From Trichodelitschia bisporula (taxonomy: Eukaryota), in the NCBI GenBank assembly GCA_010356995.1, contig ML996688.1, forward strand, positions 1,834,579 through 1,898,578: 64,000 bases of DNA, given 5' to 3'. Position numbers and translations under genes: made by a program. Positions 9,645 through 21,357 of this stretch are shown here, piece by piece (the stretch's first letter is position 1; every line of letters begins with the position of its first letter). A model generated the notes under the pieces. That model saw nothing but the letters and a program-made list of their open reading frames with translations, searched no databases and was not told where the DNA came from.

Positions 9645-11167
9645 ATGTCGTCCATAACCGCCTCCGATCCCAAGATTGGTAGGTCTACTCTCCTCCCTGT
9701 TAATCAGTACCGCTGACCCTTACCCCACAGCGCCGTATTCCACCTCCAACACTCTCTCCTTCGCCTACCCCTCCGCCCGCGACCGCTGGCCCATAATCCT
9801 AACCCAAGGAATCGACGACCTGCACCGCGCCACCGCCTTGCTCCCAGACTCCCCCAAGTGCACAGAGGGCAAGACCCTCATCGCCTCCCTCGCAAAGCTA
9901 AAGTACGAGCTGCAGCACAATCGCCCACTGACGCCTTTGCCGGATGATGGCCTCCCCGATATCGAGGCGTATAATGCGGAGCTCGAGGGCCTGAGTCCGT
10001 TAAGCTGGTTCGATGGACCGTGGTTGTTTGTCGAGTGTTATTTGTACCGGTGCGCGGCGCTCCGTCCTTGAAAGAAAGGGGCTAACATGAGCAGGTAGAC
10101 GCCTGCAGCAGCTCTTCACGCTGAGCACGCATTGGAAGGCGTATGACATCTTCCACGCCACCAAGACCACCGCGCTGCGCTCGTCCCGGCGGGCCATAAT
10201 CGAGCTCGCCACGCACTTCAAAGCCATCACCCAATCTCTGTCCTCCTCTTCCTTCCCGAGCGAAGAAGACAGGGAAAAAGCCGCCCTCCTCCTCTTCCAA
10301 GAAGTATCCCTCATCAGCCTCTGGGGCAACGCAACCGACCTCTCTCTCCTCCCCGACCTCTCCCACTCCGCGTTACAAAAACTCCAAGGCGCCGCCGCAC
10401 GGCAAGCCTCCGCCGGGAATCTCCTCGCCAACGACCTCCCCGCCGCCTTCGAGGTCCTCCGCGGCCTCCAAAAAGCCGGCAAGCCGCGCCGCGTGGATAT
10501 CGTGCTCGACAATGCGGGGTTTGAACTGTACGTCGACCTTGTCCTGGCGGCGTATCTGCTCGTGGCGGGGCTGGCGGATAGTGTTATCCTGCGCCCGAAG
10601 AGCATGCCCTGGTTTGTGAGCGATGTGGTTGCTGCGGATTTGTACGGGTTGTTGAATGCGCTTGCCGATCCGGCGTTTTTTGGGGATGATGTTGCCGAGG
10701 CCGAGGCTGCGGATTTACGGTTCTTGTTTGAGAAACTGAGTGTGTTGCATGCGGAGGGCCAGATGATTCTCCGCCCTGATGCGTTCTGGACGAGCGCGCA
10801 TAGTTTCTGGCGGCTCCCGAGCCAGGCGCCGGATCTATGGGGTGATTTGAAGGATGCGGCGCTTGTGGTGTTTAAGGGGGATTTGAATTACCGGAAACTG
10901 GTGGGGGATGTGATGTGGCCGCCTACGACGCCGTTTAGTGAGGCTATTGGCCCGTTGAATGAGGGGCTGAGGGTGCTGGCGCTGCGGACGTGTAAGGGGG
11001 ATGTTGTGGTTGGGTTGCCGGAGGGGAGGGATGAGGAGTTGAGGCACACGGAGGGTGCGGCGGGGCAGTTTGATGAAGAAGCGAAGAAGGATGATAAGGC
11101 GAGGCGGTGGGCGTGGTGTGGGAAGTGGGCGGTTGTGCAGTTTGCGGATGGGAAGGGGGGGGAGTAG
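9645..11167 (+). CDS. DUF89/ARMT1-like damage-control metal-dependent phosphatase (2 introns)
   Basis: Motifs RDRWPIILT, WLFVECYLYR, SLWGNATDLSL, DIVLDNAGFEL, PWFVSDV, FKGDLNYRKL, LRTCK. Confidence 0.92.
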
Positions 11168-11252
11168 CGAGGAACGGGACATATGGGTGATATGTACGGG
11201 ATTAGACGGCTTCATTAGACGTAGATAGGTGGGTATCGTAGTACGGGTCTCG

Positions 11253-14245
11253 CTATAGCGCCCATTCATCCACCGTCTCATTCGGACTCACGAACGGGAC
11301 ATCGATCTGCTTGACCGCCAGCTCAGAGCAGAGCACACTATCACACGATTAGCCCCGTCCCCACACCCCGCAATCTCAAAGTGTACTCACCAACTCCCCC
11401 CAACCAACTCATCCAACTCCCTCGCCTTCCGTTCCCTCCCCCTCCCCCCATGCACCCCATTCGCAATCTCCCCCTGCAACTCGCGAATCCTGCGCCCCTT
11501 CCCCAGCCCCGCCAGCTCAACAACCTTCCCAGCAAGACAATCCGCATGAAACGCATGCTGACACGGGAATACAAAGAACGCGCGTACAACGAGGGGCATC
11601 CGGCACACAAAACACTTCTCCCCCGGCGCCACCACCGCACACCGTCCCCGCAGGGCGCGCACCTCGCTCCGAATGTGTCCTGCGGCGCGCGCCGCGGCAT
11701 CCATATCCGCCTTCAACCCGTCGATATGCGCGCTATACCCCTCGAGCGCGTGGCAAATTTCCTCTTTGAAATCATCAATGAGGACGAAGTCTGGGAAAAA
11801 CGGAATCAGGTCCTCGATCCTGAGCAACGGACATCGCTGCAAAAAGCTCAACGCGCTTGAGATCCGCGCTTCTTGCCGGATTACCTGCCGCGCTATTGCT
11901 AACCAGAGTTTCTTTTGTGAGGCCGGGGGGGCAGTGTCAGCGACGCTAGCCGCGAGGTCGATTTCGTTGTGCGCCAGCGCCAGCGCGACGGCGGCGCCCT
12001 GGCTGCCCATGCTCGTGTGCAGTTGCACGCAGGAATGGACGCGCGTGTGCTGCATGCACAACCTCAATGCAAAATCCGCATCGTACGGCGAGTCCGCCGG
12101 TGGATTAGCGCGGAGGTACGCCAGCAGCGCAGATTCGTCGCGGGTCGGGGCCGCGGCGTAGATCGAGATGAGCGTATTGTGCACCGCCGGAGAGAGGGAG
12201 TCCAGGCTCGTGATTACGAAGTTGAGATACCGGACGGCTTGGTTCTGGGACAGGGAGACGCTGGTTAGGGTTGTGTAGTGGAGGAGGGCGGGGATGAGGC
12301 GCTCCGGGTCGAGGTTTGTTTGCCGCATGAGGATGTCGACTAGTTCGGCGGGGACGTGGGCCATGAGCACGGCGGCGTATTTGTAGAAGGTTTCGGGGGC
12401 GGATTGTTTCTGCAAGACATCGAGGGCGGCAGGCCAGCGCTCGCGCTGCACCCAGTACGCGAGGACGTAATTGTGGTCCTGCACCGCCGTCGCGAAGAAG
12501 AGCAATTCCTCCTCACGGCCATGGCTGCTGATAACCTCATACGTCGTCTTCACATCCAAATCCGCCCTGTACCTCGTCGCAAACTCCTGAAACTCCTTCC
12601 GCACAACGCTGAGCAGTCCCTCGCTAGCCTTCGCATCGACTCCAGCCGCAAGCTCCGCCTTCGTAGTAATCGTGTCGTCGAGCTCGTTCAGCTTCGCCAT
12701 GTACAGCTCGACCAGCCACGCCGCGACCATGACGCGCTGCATCGTAGCCGCCTTCTTCAGCGTCGCGAGCTTAGTGAGCAAGTACTTGCGCAGCGCGTCG
12801 TGCTCGCCCTTGTCTATGAACGTAAGCGCGACTTGCTCGAAGGGCTTCGCGCTGCGCCCGTACACCGCCGCTGCCTCGAGAAACTGGCCCTTGTTCACGA
12901 GATAATCGCCCGACGCCGTAGCGACCGCATTCTTCTGCGCGCCGTCGCGGGCATACTGGCTCGCGGCGTCGAACTGCTGCGCCGCGAGCATGATGCGCCA
13001 TATATCGCGGCTCTCCTCGTGCGCCGCGATCTCAAAGACCTCCTCGCGCGTCAGCAGCCAGAACGTGTTCTTCTTCACGTCCGCGAAGAGGCCGAGGTCG
13101 CTCTGGCCCGGGGCGAGAACCAGCTGGTCCAGCACGACTGCATCGTCGAGCACGTTCGTCCCCACGATGCGCCCCTCGACTAGCTGTAAAATGTGCCACT
13201 GGCTCAAAATCATCGACGTAGCCGGCTCCTGCGTCGCGCGCGGCCGCCCACTCGGCGCAATCGACGGAGGCAGCTGTGTGCGCGGGAGGAGCTTCGCCTC
13301 CGAGAAGACGCGCTCTCCGAGATCGCTCACCTCGCCGGTAGTGAGCAGTTTCCCGCGCAGCACGCCCTGCGATGAGAGCCAGGCGAAGGAGCGCTCCGCC
13401 ACCGCCTCTGGGCCACTCAGCCCTTGCGTTTCAGGCGAAATGGCGAGCATACACGCCCCCGGCGCCGACGACCCATTCTCGCGCACGGCGGGGGCTTCAT
13501 GCTCGAAGAAGCGGGAGAAGATGGCGGCGCTGCCCTCATGCGCATGTGCCGCCGCCTTGCCGGCGAAGTGCAACAGGCGCTGCGGGGTAGCGACAAGCAC
13601 GCGCCAGGCGTTAGGGCGGGAGGGGAGAGTATCAGCGTAGATACCGACGACAGGCGCATCGCCGGCCTTGTACACGCCCTTTACGTATTTCTCTTCTCTC
13701 CTATAGAACTCCTGCGACGGCTCAATATACGTCTCGTAGACGTTACCGTCGAGCGTGCCGAGGAGGATCTCGCGCGTGGAAGCCGTGGGCTGGGAGGGAT
13801 GCCAGGCGACGCATTCGATCGAGACACCCTTTAAGCGGGAGAGGGGCTTGGGGTGCTTTGACTGGGAGTGCAGGTAGAAGTTCTCGCCCAGCGAAGTCGA
13901 GATAAGGAGATGCGAGGCCGTGGGGTCGAGGAACATGCGGCGAATGACGCCCACCTCGGAGGCCTTCTTCGGGAGGTCAATGTCCTCGATCTCGCCCGCA
14001 TTCTCGAGGTCTGGCAGTTAGAAAACAAGCAACCCGGAGCGCAAGGCCCACGCACCTATCCGTAGAATACGGCCTGTCGAAAACGCGAGGATGATGGCAT
14101 TGTTGGCCACCTGCGCCGCGACAAAGTCCGAGGGCCGCGAGAATTGCAGCTGGACACGCTCGACGTTGAAGATGGGGAGGGCGGCGTCGGAGGCGTCTTG
14201 GAAGTCGGAGGCGGGGACGTAGCCGCTGGCGGGGACGATGGACAT
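11253..14245 (-). CDS. PEP3: vacuolar protein sorting protein Vps18/Pep3 (HOPS/CORVET core)
   Basis: FLDPTASHLLIS, KKNTFW, helical clathrin-like region, LRIEDLIPFFPDF, RING C-x2-C...PCQHAFHADC...CVLCS. Introns near 14012-14055 and ~11338-11390. Confidence 0.95.
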
Positions 14246-14994
14246 GGTGACTACGGCATGGGAGTGGCGGTGGTGGTAGAGAGGAAGAGCCGAAGAAGAT
14301 GACGGGACACGGTACTGTATTATTGTTTGCGGTGGAGGTGGAGCCGTGATGTCCAGCCAAGGTTCAAGCTGCCGGTGCTCGTGATAGCTTGATACTGAGG
14401 CAGCAAAACTTGGAACCTTAGGCATACATAATTACATCAGCGGAGTTTCTGCCTTGCCCCTTTTCTCCCTCTGCAAGGCAGCAACAGCCTCAGCGATCAG
14501 GCACCACGACCAAAACAAGTCAAGCCGTTTTCCGGGAAGGAACTCGCCACCCAAGCCCTCGCCTTCCCCCCACCCAAACTCGCGCACCTCCTCCCGCCGG
14601 GCAAGAGAGAGCGGTGACTCGTAACCACGAAAACTTCTTCCCATCAACACCGCAAGGTATCTCATCAAACTTCATCACTCTCTCATCGCTGTTCCTCTTT
14701 TACATCCATCCTGCACTGTTACCCATCACATTTGCAGCGAATTTTCCTCCTCTACCGCGGCAAACGTGTCCTCTTCTTTGGGGTGCAGTCATCGCCCCCC
14801 AGTCTCCTCCCCTCACCCGACCACGCTACCTCACTGCGACAAACAACCCCCCCCCGGCCTCGGCCAAAAAAATCTCTGCACCCACAACAAACTTTCCCGC
14901 CCCGCGCGCCGAGCAAAGCCAAGCTTTCCGCTCCACGCTCCACGCTCCTCTGCTGCTAAGAATTCCGCCTTGTCTCCGCTCCACCCCGCAACCA

Positions 14995-15175
14995 CAAACA
15001 TCAATCGTGCAGAGAATCACCAACATCAACACCCGCAACTAACACACGCTAGAGTAATTGCTACAGCTGCTTGCACCGTAGCTGTTTCCACTCAGCACCA
15101 CATCAATCGTGCAGAGAATCACCAACATTAACACCAACAAGACGCGCTAGAATAACTGGTGCAGTTGCTTGCTCC
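14995..15175 (+). repeat. ~75-100 bp direct duplication in the EPL1 5' leader
   Basis: catcaatcgtgcagagaatcaccaacat occurs at ~14999 and ~15101, each followed by similar cgctaga...gcttgc. Confidence 0.85.
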
Positions 15176-15193
15176 CGCTCGGCAATCGTCGCC

Positions 15194-17051
15194 ATGGCGA
15201 CTCGCGCCACGGGTCAGCGCTTCCGGCAGCGTAAGCTGTCGATGAAGCAGGTGCTCTCCATCGTCGCGGAAGAGGACTTCGCCTCGGGCTTCGACGACGC
15301 CCAGCGCCCAGTCCAGAAGGTGGAGACGGGTGTTGAAAAGGGGGAGGAGACGGTGAGTTCGCGCGGATTTGCTTCGTGATCCCGTGACAACTAACGCAGC
15401 CTAGGAACACCATCTCCAGGCCGTGATCTCTGCCACGGCGGCCGGTAAGAAGGCCACGCTGTATATCCCCACGCCGGATGTCAATCCGTGCAGAAAGCGG
15501 GATTTCAGCGCGGCCTACCGGCCGGACTTCAAGCAACCGCTCTCGTTCATTAAGTCCTCCCAGACGGTCGAAGATCTGATCGGTCCGGCGTATTGTGCCG
15601 ACCGTGAAGATATCGAAAGTGTGGAGCGGGTTGTCTCCGGTATCCACCTTGGCTTAGGTGATACCCCCAAGCGGCGTATGGTTCTCGAAGCCTTCGAGTT
15701 GCTCTTCACCCACTTCGAGGAGCGAGCGGCAGAATCTGCCTCCGACCCGGGTCCACCTCTCCCGTTCGAGCAAATGGGCGTTGGAGAGTCCAAGTACGTC
15801 AAGCAGATGGTACCTCGTTTTGCGAAGGACCTGGAGTTCATAAAGAACGTGTACGAAATCTGGGCCAGCAAGCGCTCCAAGAACGGCAACCGGCCGCTCA
15901 TGCCCACCCTCAAGTTCGAGCGCAATGCCGAGACCGACGATGCAGACCCCTACGTTTGCTTCCGTCGCCGGGAGATCCGGCAAGTGCGGCGCACCCGCGG
16001 CGGCCTCGTCCAGGGGCAGGATAAGCTGAAGAGACTGCGCGTCGAAGTCGAATCGAGCCGCCAGCTGCAGTACAAGGCGGCGGAACGTGAGGAGACCGCA
16101 AAGGAGCGCCTGCGCGTCCAGCGCAAGGTCGTGACCGAGCGCCAGAACCTCAAGCGCCTCAAGCGCCAACTGGGCATCCGAGAGTCCGACGAGGACCTGA
16201 TGATCGATCGCAAGGTATGTGTCCCGTCTGAAGCCGCTTTTTCCGTAGCCAACACTCCGCAGGAGCCCGCTCCCAAACCCAAGCCCAAGATCGATGCCAC
16301 CGTCATTCAGCGTGGCACCGTGCCGGGCATGGTGCCCAAGGCACCACTAGTGCGTGCCGATGGCCGCCCACCAGACTCAGATCTGGTCCAACTGACCGAG
16401 GAGAAGGCACGCAAGGATGCCGCGATTTCCTCGGTCATCCAAGAGAGCATGTTGAAACACCGCACGTGGAACACCGACTGGGTCGACCTGACCTGGCGGC
16501 CAATCACGCCGCCCACCGACCAAGCCGCGGCCAAGCCGGGGTACCGCACAGCAGTGACCGAGTTCCTGCCATCTCCTCCAAGCAGCGTCAGCGATGCCGA
16601 AGATGTCGGCATGACCGACGGGGGGCGCACCCCCAAAACCACCATCAGCGAGCGTTCGAACTTCCCGATCCGATATGCCTCGCCCGCTCCAGAATCCGAT
16701 GTCCAGGTGCCGCGCGCGTCGTATCGTCGCCGTGTGGGCCGGGGCGGCCGTCTCTTCGTAGACCGCCGCGGTGTGCGGCAACCGGTGCGCGATGACGCAC
16801 CACGCTCGCCGCTTGATTCGCCTGCAACTGAGCGCCTAGCCGACGCATTTTACTACGACATAGACTCTGACGAAGAGGCAGACACCTACTTCGCCGATGC
16901 CTACGACGAGTGGAACATTAAGTACCGCGTTGCCTTTGCGCATCTTCCCAGCAGGGGCACCCAGGCCCAGGGTGGATCAGCCGAGGCTGTAAATGGAGGA
17001 CAGCAGCGGCCGAAGATCATGGGCGCGCCGGCCGGCATGAAACGGGAGTAA
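15194..17051 (+). CDS. EPL1: Enhancer of polycomb-like protein 1 (NuA4 subunit; 2 introns)
   Basis: RFRQRKLS, VETGVEKGEE.EHHLQ, YIPTPD, DDADPYVCFRRREIRQVRRTR, YRRRVGRGGRLFVDRR. Confidence 0.92.
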
Positions 17052-19021
17052 GCGAAGTCGTCCGACATCTTGCGGTCACCGGTGTTGAACTCCGTGGCCT
17101 TTTGTATTTGTATTCAAGGATTCCCCTGTACTTGTGGAGCGTTATGGCGGTGTTCGGGTTGGGGGGGTGGGAGGTCTGGCGGCGATTTCAAGGTTTCATG
17201 GGTGGCGGGTTGTCGGTTTTGCGGTGGGCGCTGGGCGCTGGTTAGGCGGGTTTTTGTGTCCGTGGATAGATTGGGCGTGTGCCTGGTCCTGCTCCAGCAA
17301 TGGAGAACTTTGTATGTGTGCATGATGTTGCCTTGGTGTTGTTGCCGTGATGTCTTCGCCGAACGGGATTGTTCGTGTCGTCCTCGATCGTCATCTGGCC
17401 GTGATCCGGGGGCTGGTAGCAGAGGAGCTGAGAGTCCGCTGTACGCGGCGCCAGCTGAGATGCGGTGTGCGGGGTCCATATAATAACCAGCGAGGAAGCC
17501 AGCTGTTCGCCATCCGCTCGTGCCTCCGTGCTCAGTATCGGGGATCGTGCTGGCGGTCCCAAAGACCGGGGGAAAATATCGCCACGATACGTATCGAATC
17601 CTTCGTGCTTGAGTGTCCGTGGTGAGTGATCGTCGTATTCCATAAGCTTGCTAAAGCGATTTTGAATTCCTGTAAGCTGTCAGCTTTGAACTGGGTCTTG
17701 GTGGAGGGGCTTTGTGGCGGTTTCTTCGTCGGAGGCTAGCTTACGGTTTGTGCTCCGCTGGACTAATTGAAAGAGATGCTGTCAAGGACGAACAAGCGCC
17801 GACGTCCGTAGGATTGTCCAACTCGTCCCCGTGGCGAAGCTGCTCGGTAGAGGTGAGGAATTCCTCTCGGAAGCCTTTGTCGTGGCAAGCTCGCGCTCGA
17901 AGGAGGGGAAAAGAGAGAGGGAAATATGGGACGAGAAGAGGATCTCAGCTCCATAGCTCAAAGAGCATAGTCATGAGCGCCAGTCCACCGGCCGTTCAGC
18001 AGAACCCCGAGTGGAATATTCCCCTCCACTCTGCTCCCCATCCAACGCACTCTCACCCCAACCGCCGGGCAAAAGAAGTCGAAAAAGGCAGCTCCATTTC
18101 CAGGCAGCAGAAGAAAGAAAACCGGTCGGAATCTCCACAGTTAAAGAGACAGGATGGTGAGTATGAGGGGAGGTGAGAAAAGAGCGGCTCGCACTCTGCA
18201 ATATTAATGCTGCGTCTGTAGCGGCTTCGAGGCGGTTAAGCGGGGAAGGTGGCCGGGGGTCCTTTTGGTGGGCTTGGCTGGGCTGGATGGGGACTGAGAA
18301 AGTCGTTGCGCTGCTGAGTGGGGGTCTTGGTGGAAGGTGAGGCGGGGAGTTTGCATTGGTGGGGAGACCCTGTGAGCCTCGTGCAGGGGTGGCGTGGTGA
18401 GGTTTGGATTGGGAGTGAGGTTTGGATGGGGAATTGATGGGGGGATTGTGATATGATGTGTGAGTGAGCTTTGAGAGCGGGGGATGGAGCTGGATGTTAT
18501 TGTCTTACGGAAGGTTTCAAAATTCTCAATGAGAGATTTCTTGGAGGATGCAGAGCTCCTCGCGGGATCTGTTGCTATTGCCATAATAGCGGCTATCGTC
18601 ATATACTGGAAGCTCGCGCCCAATTTCGGCAACGAAATTCAGTACCGCAATATCTGATGTTTACAGTAGGCGGAGAAAATTGCGAGGGAAAGGATGTACA
18701 GCGCATGCTAGAGGTGAATGCCATAGCTATGGGGGCCAGATTGATGCTGCGCGGCCAGTGAGCTTCTATCAGCTTGGCAGAGTGACGGGAGCATTCAAAA
18801 CCGGCAGCAAAAGACGTCGAATGGCGACCCCAATTTATCTCCCTAGCATGCTGTGCTCTGCCCCTACATAAAGATATCTCCCATAGCGGTAGGGCCACCA
18901 ATTGTACACACCAGAGTCGGCTTCATACTTCCCGAGTGTTGAATACGCAATGCTAAGCCCGAGATATAATCCTTCCTCCCGCAACCTCTCTCACCACACT
19001 ACGACGAGCCCAGCTCGCCCA

Positions 19022-19093
19022 TCTTCCGTAGTCTAGTGGTCATGATTTCCGCTTGTCACGCGGACGGCCCGGGTTCGATTCCCGGCGGGAGAG
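19022..19093 (+). tRNA. tRNA-Asp (GTC)
   Basis: 72 nt. Acceptor TCTTCCG/CGGGAGA, anticodon arm TCCGC-TTGTCAC-GCGGA, T-arm CCGGG-TTCGATT-CCCGG, followed by a T-run. Confidence 0.95.
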
Positions 19094-19508
19094 ATCTTTT
19101 TGCCGTTTTCGAGGACGTCGGATGTGGATGTGTCGGATCGTGATTACGGAAGCGGGACTCAGCGCTGCGGGGGAGAGGTGTGATTGGCTGAATGGGAAGG
19201 CGGGTATGGTATTAGCGATGGTGATGGGCGAGGAGGGCCTGCTTTTTGATGGATTTGATAGGAGCTTGATATGGCCGGGGTGGAGATTGGGTGTTGACTG
19301 CGAGAGCAAGGAGAGCCCTCTATTTTGCGTGTCTGAGATCCCACTGGAGTCGGCGGTGATGGGGGATGTGCCAGCCTCGACGCAACCTAACCACCCTTCA
19401 CTGGAGCTCCACTCAAATGATGTTCCCTAGCCCACAATGAAGATTGGTTGTTGTTGAGAGGCGGCTCGCCGTTTCCTGGTTAGATCTGCTCACATGACCC
19501 ACAATGTG

Positions 19509-19516
19509 TATATATA
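19509..19516 (+). promoter_or_regulatory. TATA-like box upstream of the tandem hairpins
   Basis: TATATATA about 40 nt before hairpin 1. Confidence 0.45.
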
Positions 19517-19556
19517 CCGGTTATCTAGCACATATTCTTCGAGCATTCCTCCCATC

Positions 19557-19771
19557 GTCCTTCCATCTTTAGGCGCCAGGATTTTGTCGTTTGAGAAGTA
19601 ATTGTCCGGAGACGTTATATCCGATGCGAATCTTAAGCCCGAAGGTAGTGGTTTCGTATGCTGCTGTACGAAGTCTTTGACTACCTGCAGACTTGAAATT
19701 CACTTGGGACGTAGCGTATCCCTCAACTACTTCTCAAACGACAAAAGCCTGGCGTCTAAACGCGGAGAGAC
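19557..19771 (+). ncRNA. long rod-like hairpin 1 (candidate small-RNA precursor)
   Basis: Arms pair along nearly the full length (taggcgccaggattttgtcgtttgagaagta / tacttctcaaacgacaaaagcctggcgtcta; ggtagt/actacc; ggtttcgta/tacgaagtc), with several G.U pairs on +. Confidence 0.6.
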
Positions 19772-19806
19772 TTACTGGATTCTTCGATGAGGTTTCTCCT
19801 CCTTTC

Positions 19807-20019
19807 GTCTTTCCATCTACAGGCGCCGGGACTTTGTCATTGGTACTACGATTGTTTGATATACTGTATCCGAAGTGAATCTTGAGTCCCAAAGTAGTGG
19901 TTTCGTATCTGCTGAGTGAAGCCTTCACTACCGGCAGACTTGAAATTCGCTTGGGACACAGCGTATCGGACAATTGCACGACCAATGACAAAATTCCGGG
20001 CGCCCAAACGCGGAAAGAC
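19807..20019 (+). ncRNA. long rod-like hairpin 2, diverged paralog of hairpin 1
   Basis: ggcgccgggactttgtcattggt / accaatgacaaaattccgggcgcc; gattgtttgatatactgtatccgaagtgaat / attcgcttgggacacagcgtatcggacaatt. 250-nt period relative to copy 1. Confidence 0.6.
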
Positions 20020-21357
20020 AAGCGGAGGAGATAATATGGGAGGGAGTTGGGTTGGAAGTCTGGATGGAGGACGGGTGGAAAGAGGAGATGAAGTCGGCGG
20101 AGGTGAGAGCGGAGGCCGTGCGCCAAGGGAAATGAGACGGGAGGGAACTGGGGGGATTGGGATGGTCGATTTTTGTCACACAGTTCATCATCTCTTTATC
20201 AGATCTACGACTACGTTGAATGTACACATATTTGCCTCGCTGTTGTTGAATGTGTACTATGGTATGTGCTGCTAGAGATGGTGTTGTTTGAAGTCGGTGG
20301 TCGGACATCGGGCGACCCTGAATATCGTGTGCACTCTTGATGCAGTTCGAAGCAAGCAGATGGGAAAAACATTGAGAGTTCAAGTTTCGAGTCCGAACAT
20401 ATCGAATTTATGGTCAAGTCCTGCAGTACGTCTATTCCCCTCCCCTCCCCCTGTTGAGCGGGAGCTCGACTGACGTCCGAAGCAGATCGCGAAGTGTATC
20501 TCAGTATCTATCAGCAGTTAATCCTTCAGCTATGTACCCGTATGGCACTGTCGACTAAGCTCAGTCCTGTCCAAGGGCAGAACCGGGTCCTTACCCGCTT
20601 CGCCTTTACCATGGGATGGGTGACTAGATAGTGCATCAATGCACGATGCCTTCATTGTCCCCGCTACCAGAGCCACCGGAACGGCATTTCCCCATGTTCA
20701 TGATGCCTTCACGATGACGACTTCCAACAATGACACCCTGTTGAAGACATTTAACCTTCAAATTCTCCTACCATCCAGCTTCCTACACCAACATCCACAC
20801 CAAATTGCTCACAACGGTGAGCGGCCATAGGAACTACTTCGCAACAATTTCTACGATTTCGCAGGGCCTGCTGTAAGTTATTGCTTTGATTTGCACTCTG
20901 TTAACTGACGCTTGTGCAGGTTAATTCCGATAGTAAACTCCGTAGGCAATATCCAAATCCCAATACTACGTTGAAATGTACGGGACTAACACCTCTGTCG
21001 TGGCATCTCCAAGCCGGATTCGTCAGATGAGAACTGTCCTTTAAATGACTGAGCTACCTCCCTATATCTAGGCATATACAAAGTCTCACTTCAATGGTAA
21101 GCATCACATCCTCAGCCTGATTTTTCATGAACTCAGATTCCATTGAACACCTAGATACAAATCGCAATGCTATCCCACCACAGTATCAAATATTCCGGGT
21201 ATCATCATCCATATTTTTTATCGTCGAGTCGTCATCAGTCATCAGTCATCACGTATACCATCAGGTTAACGCCAGCAGCCTGTCAACATATACCGTAAGG
21301 TGAACATCAACAGCCTGTCAACATCAACCATCCGGCAACCCCAGCAGCCCGCACCAT

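Noticed and set aside
17100..21300. Telomerase, RNase P/MRP, SRP or spliceosomal snRNA in this ORF-poor region
   Set aside because: The diagnostic motifs (TAACCCTAA template, GAAAGTCCCC, SRP helix 8, U1/U2/U5/U6 cores) were not found by eye.
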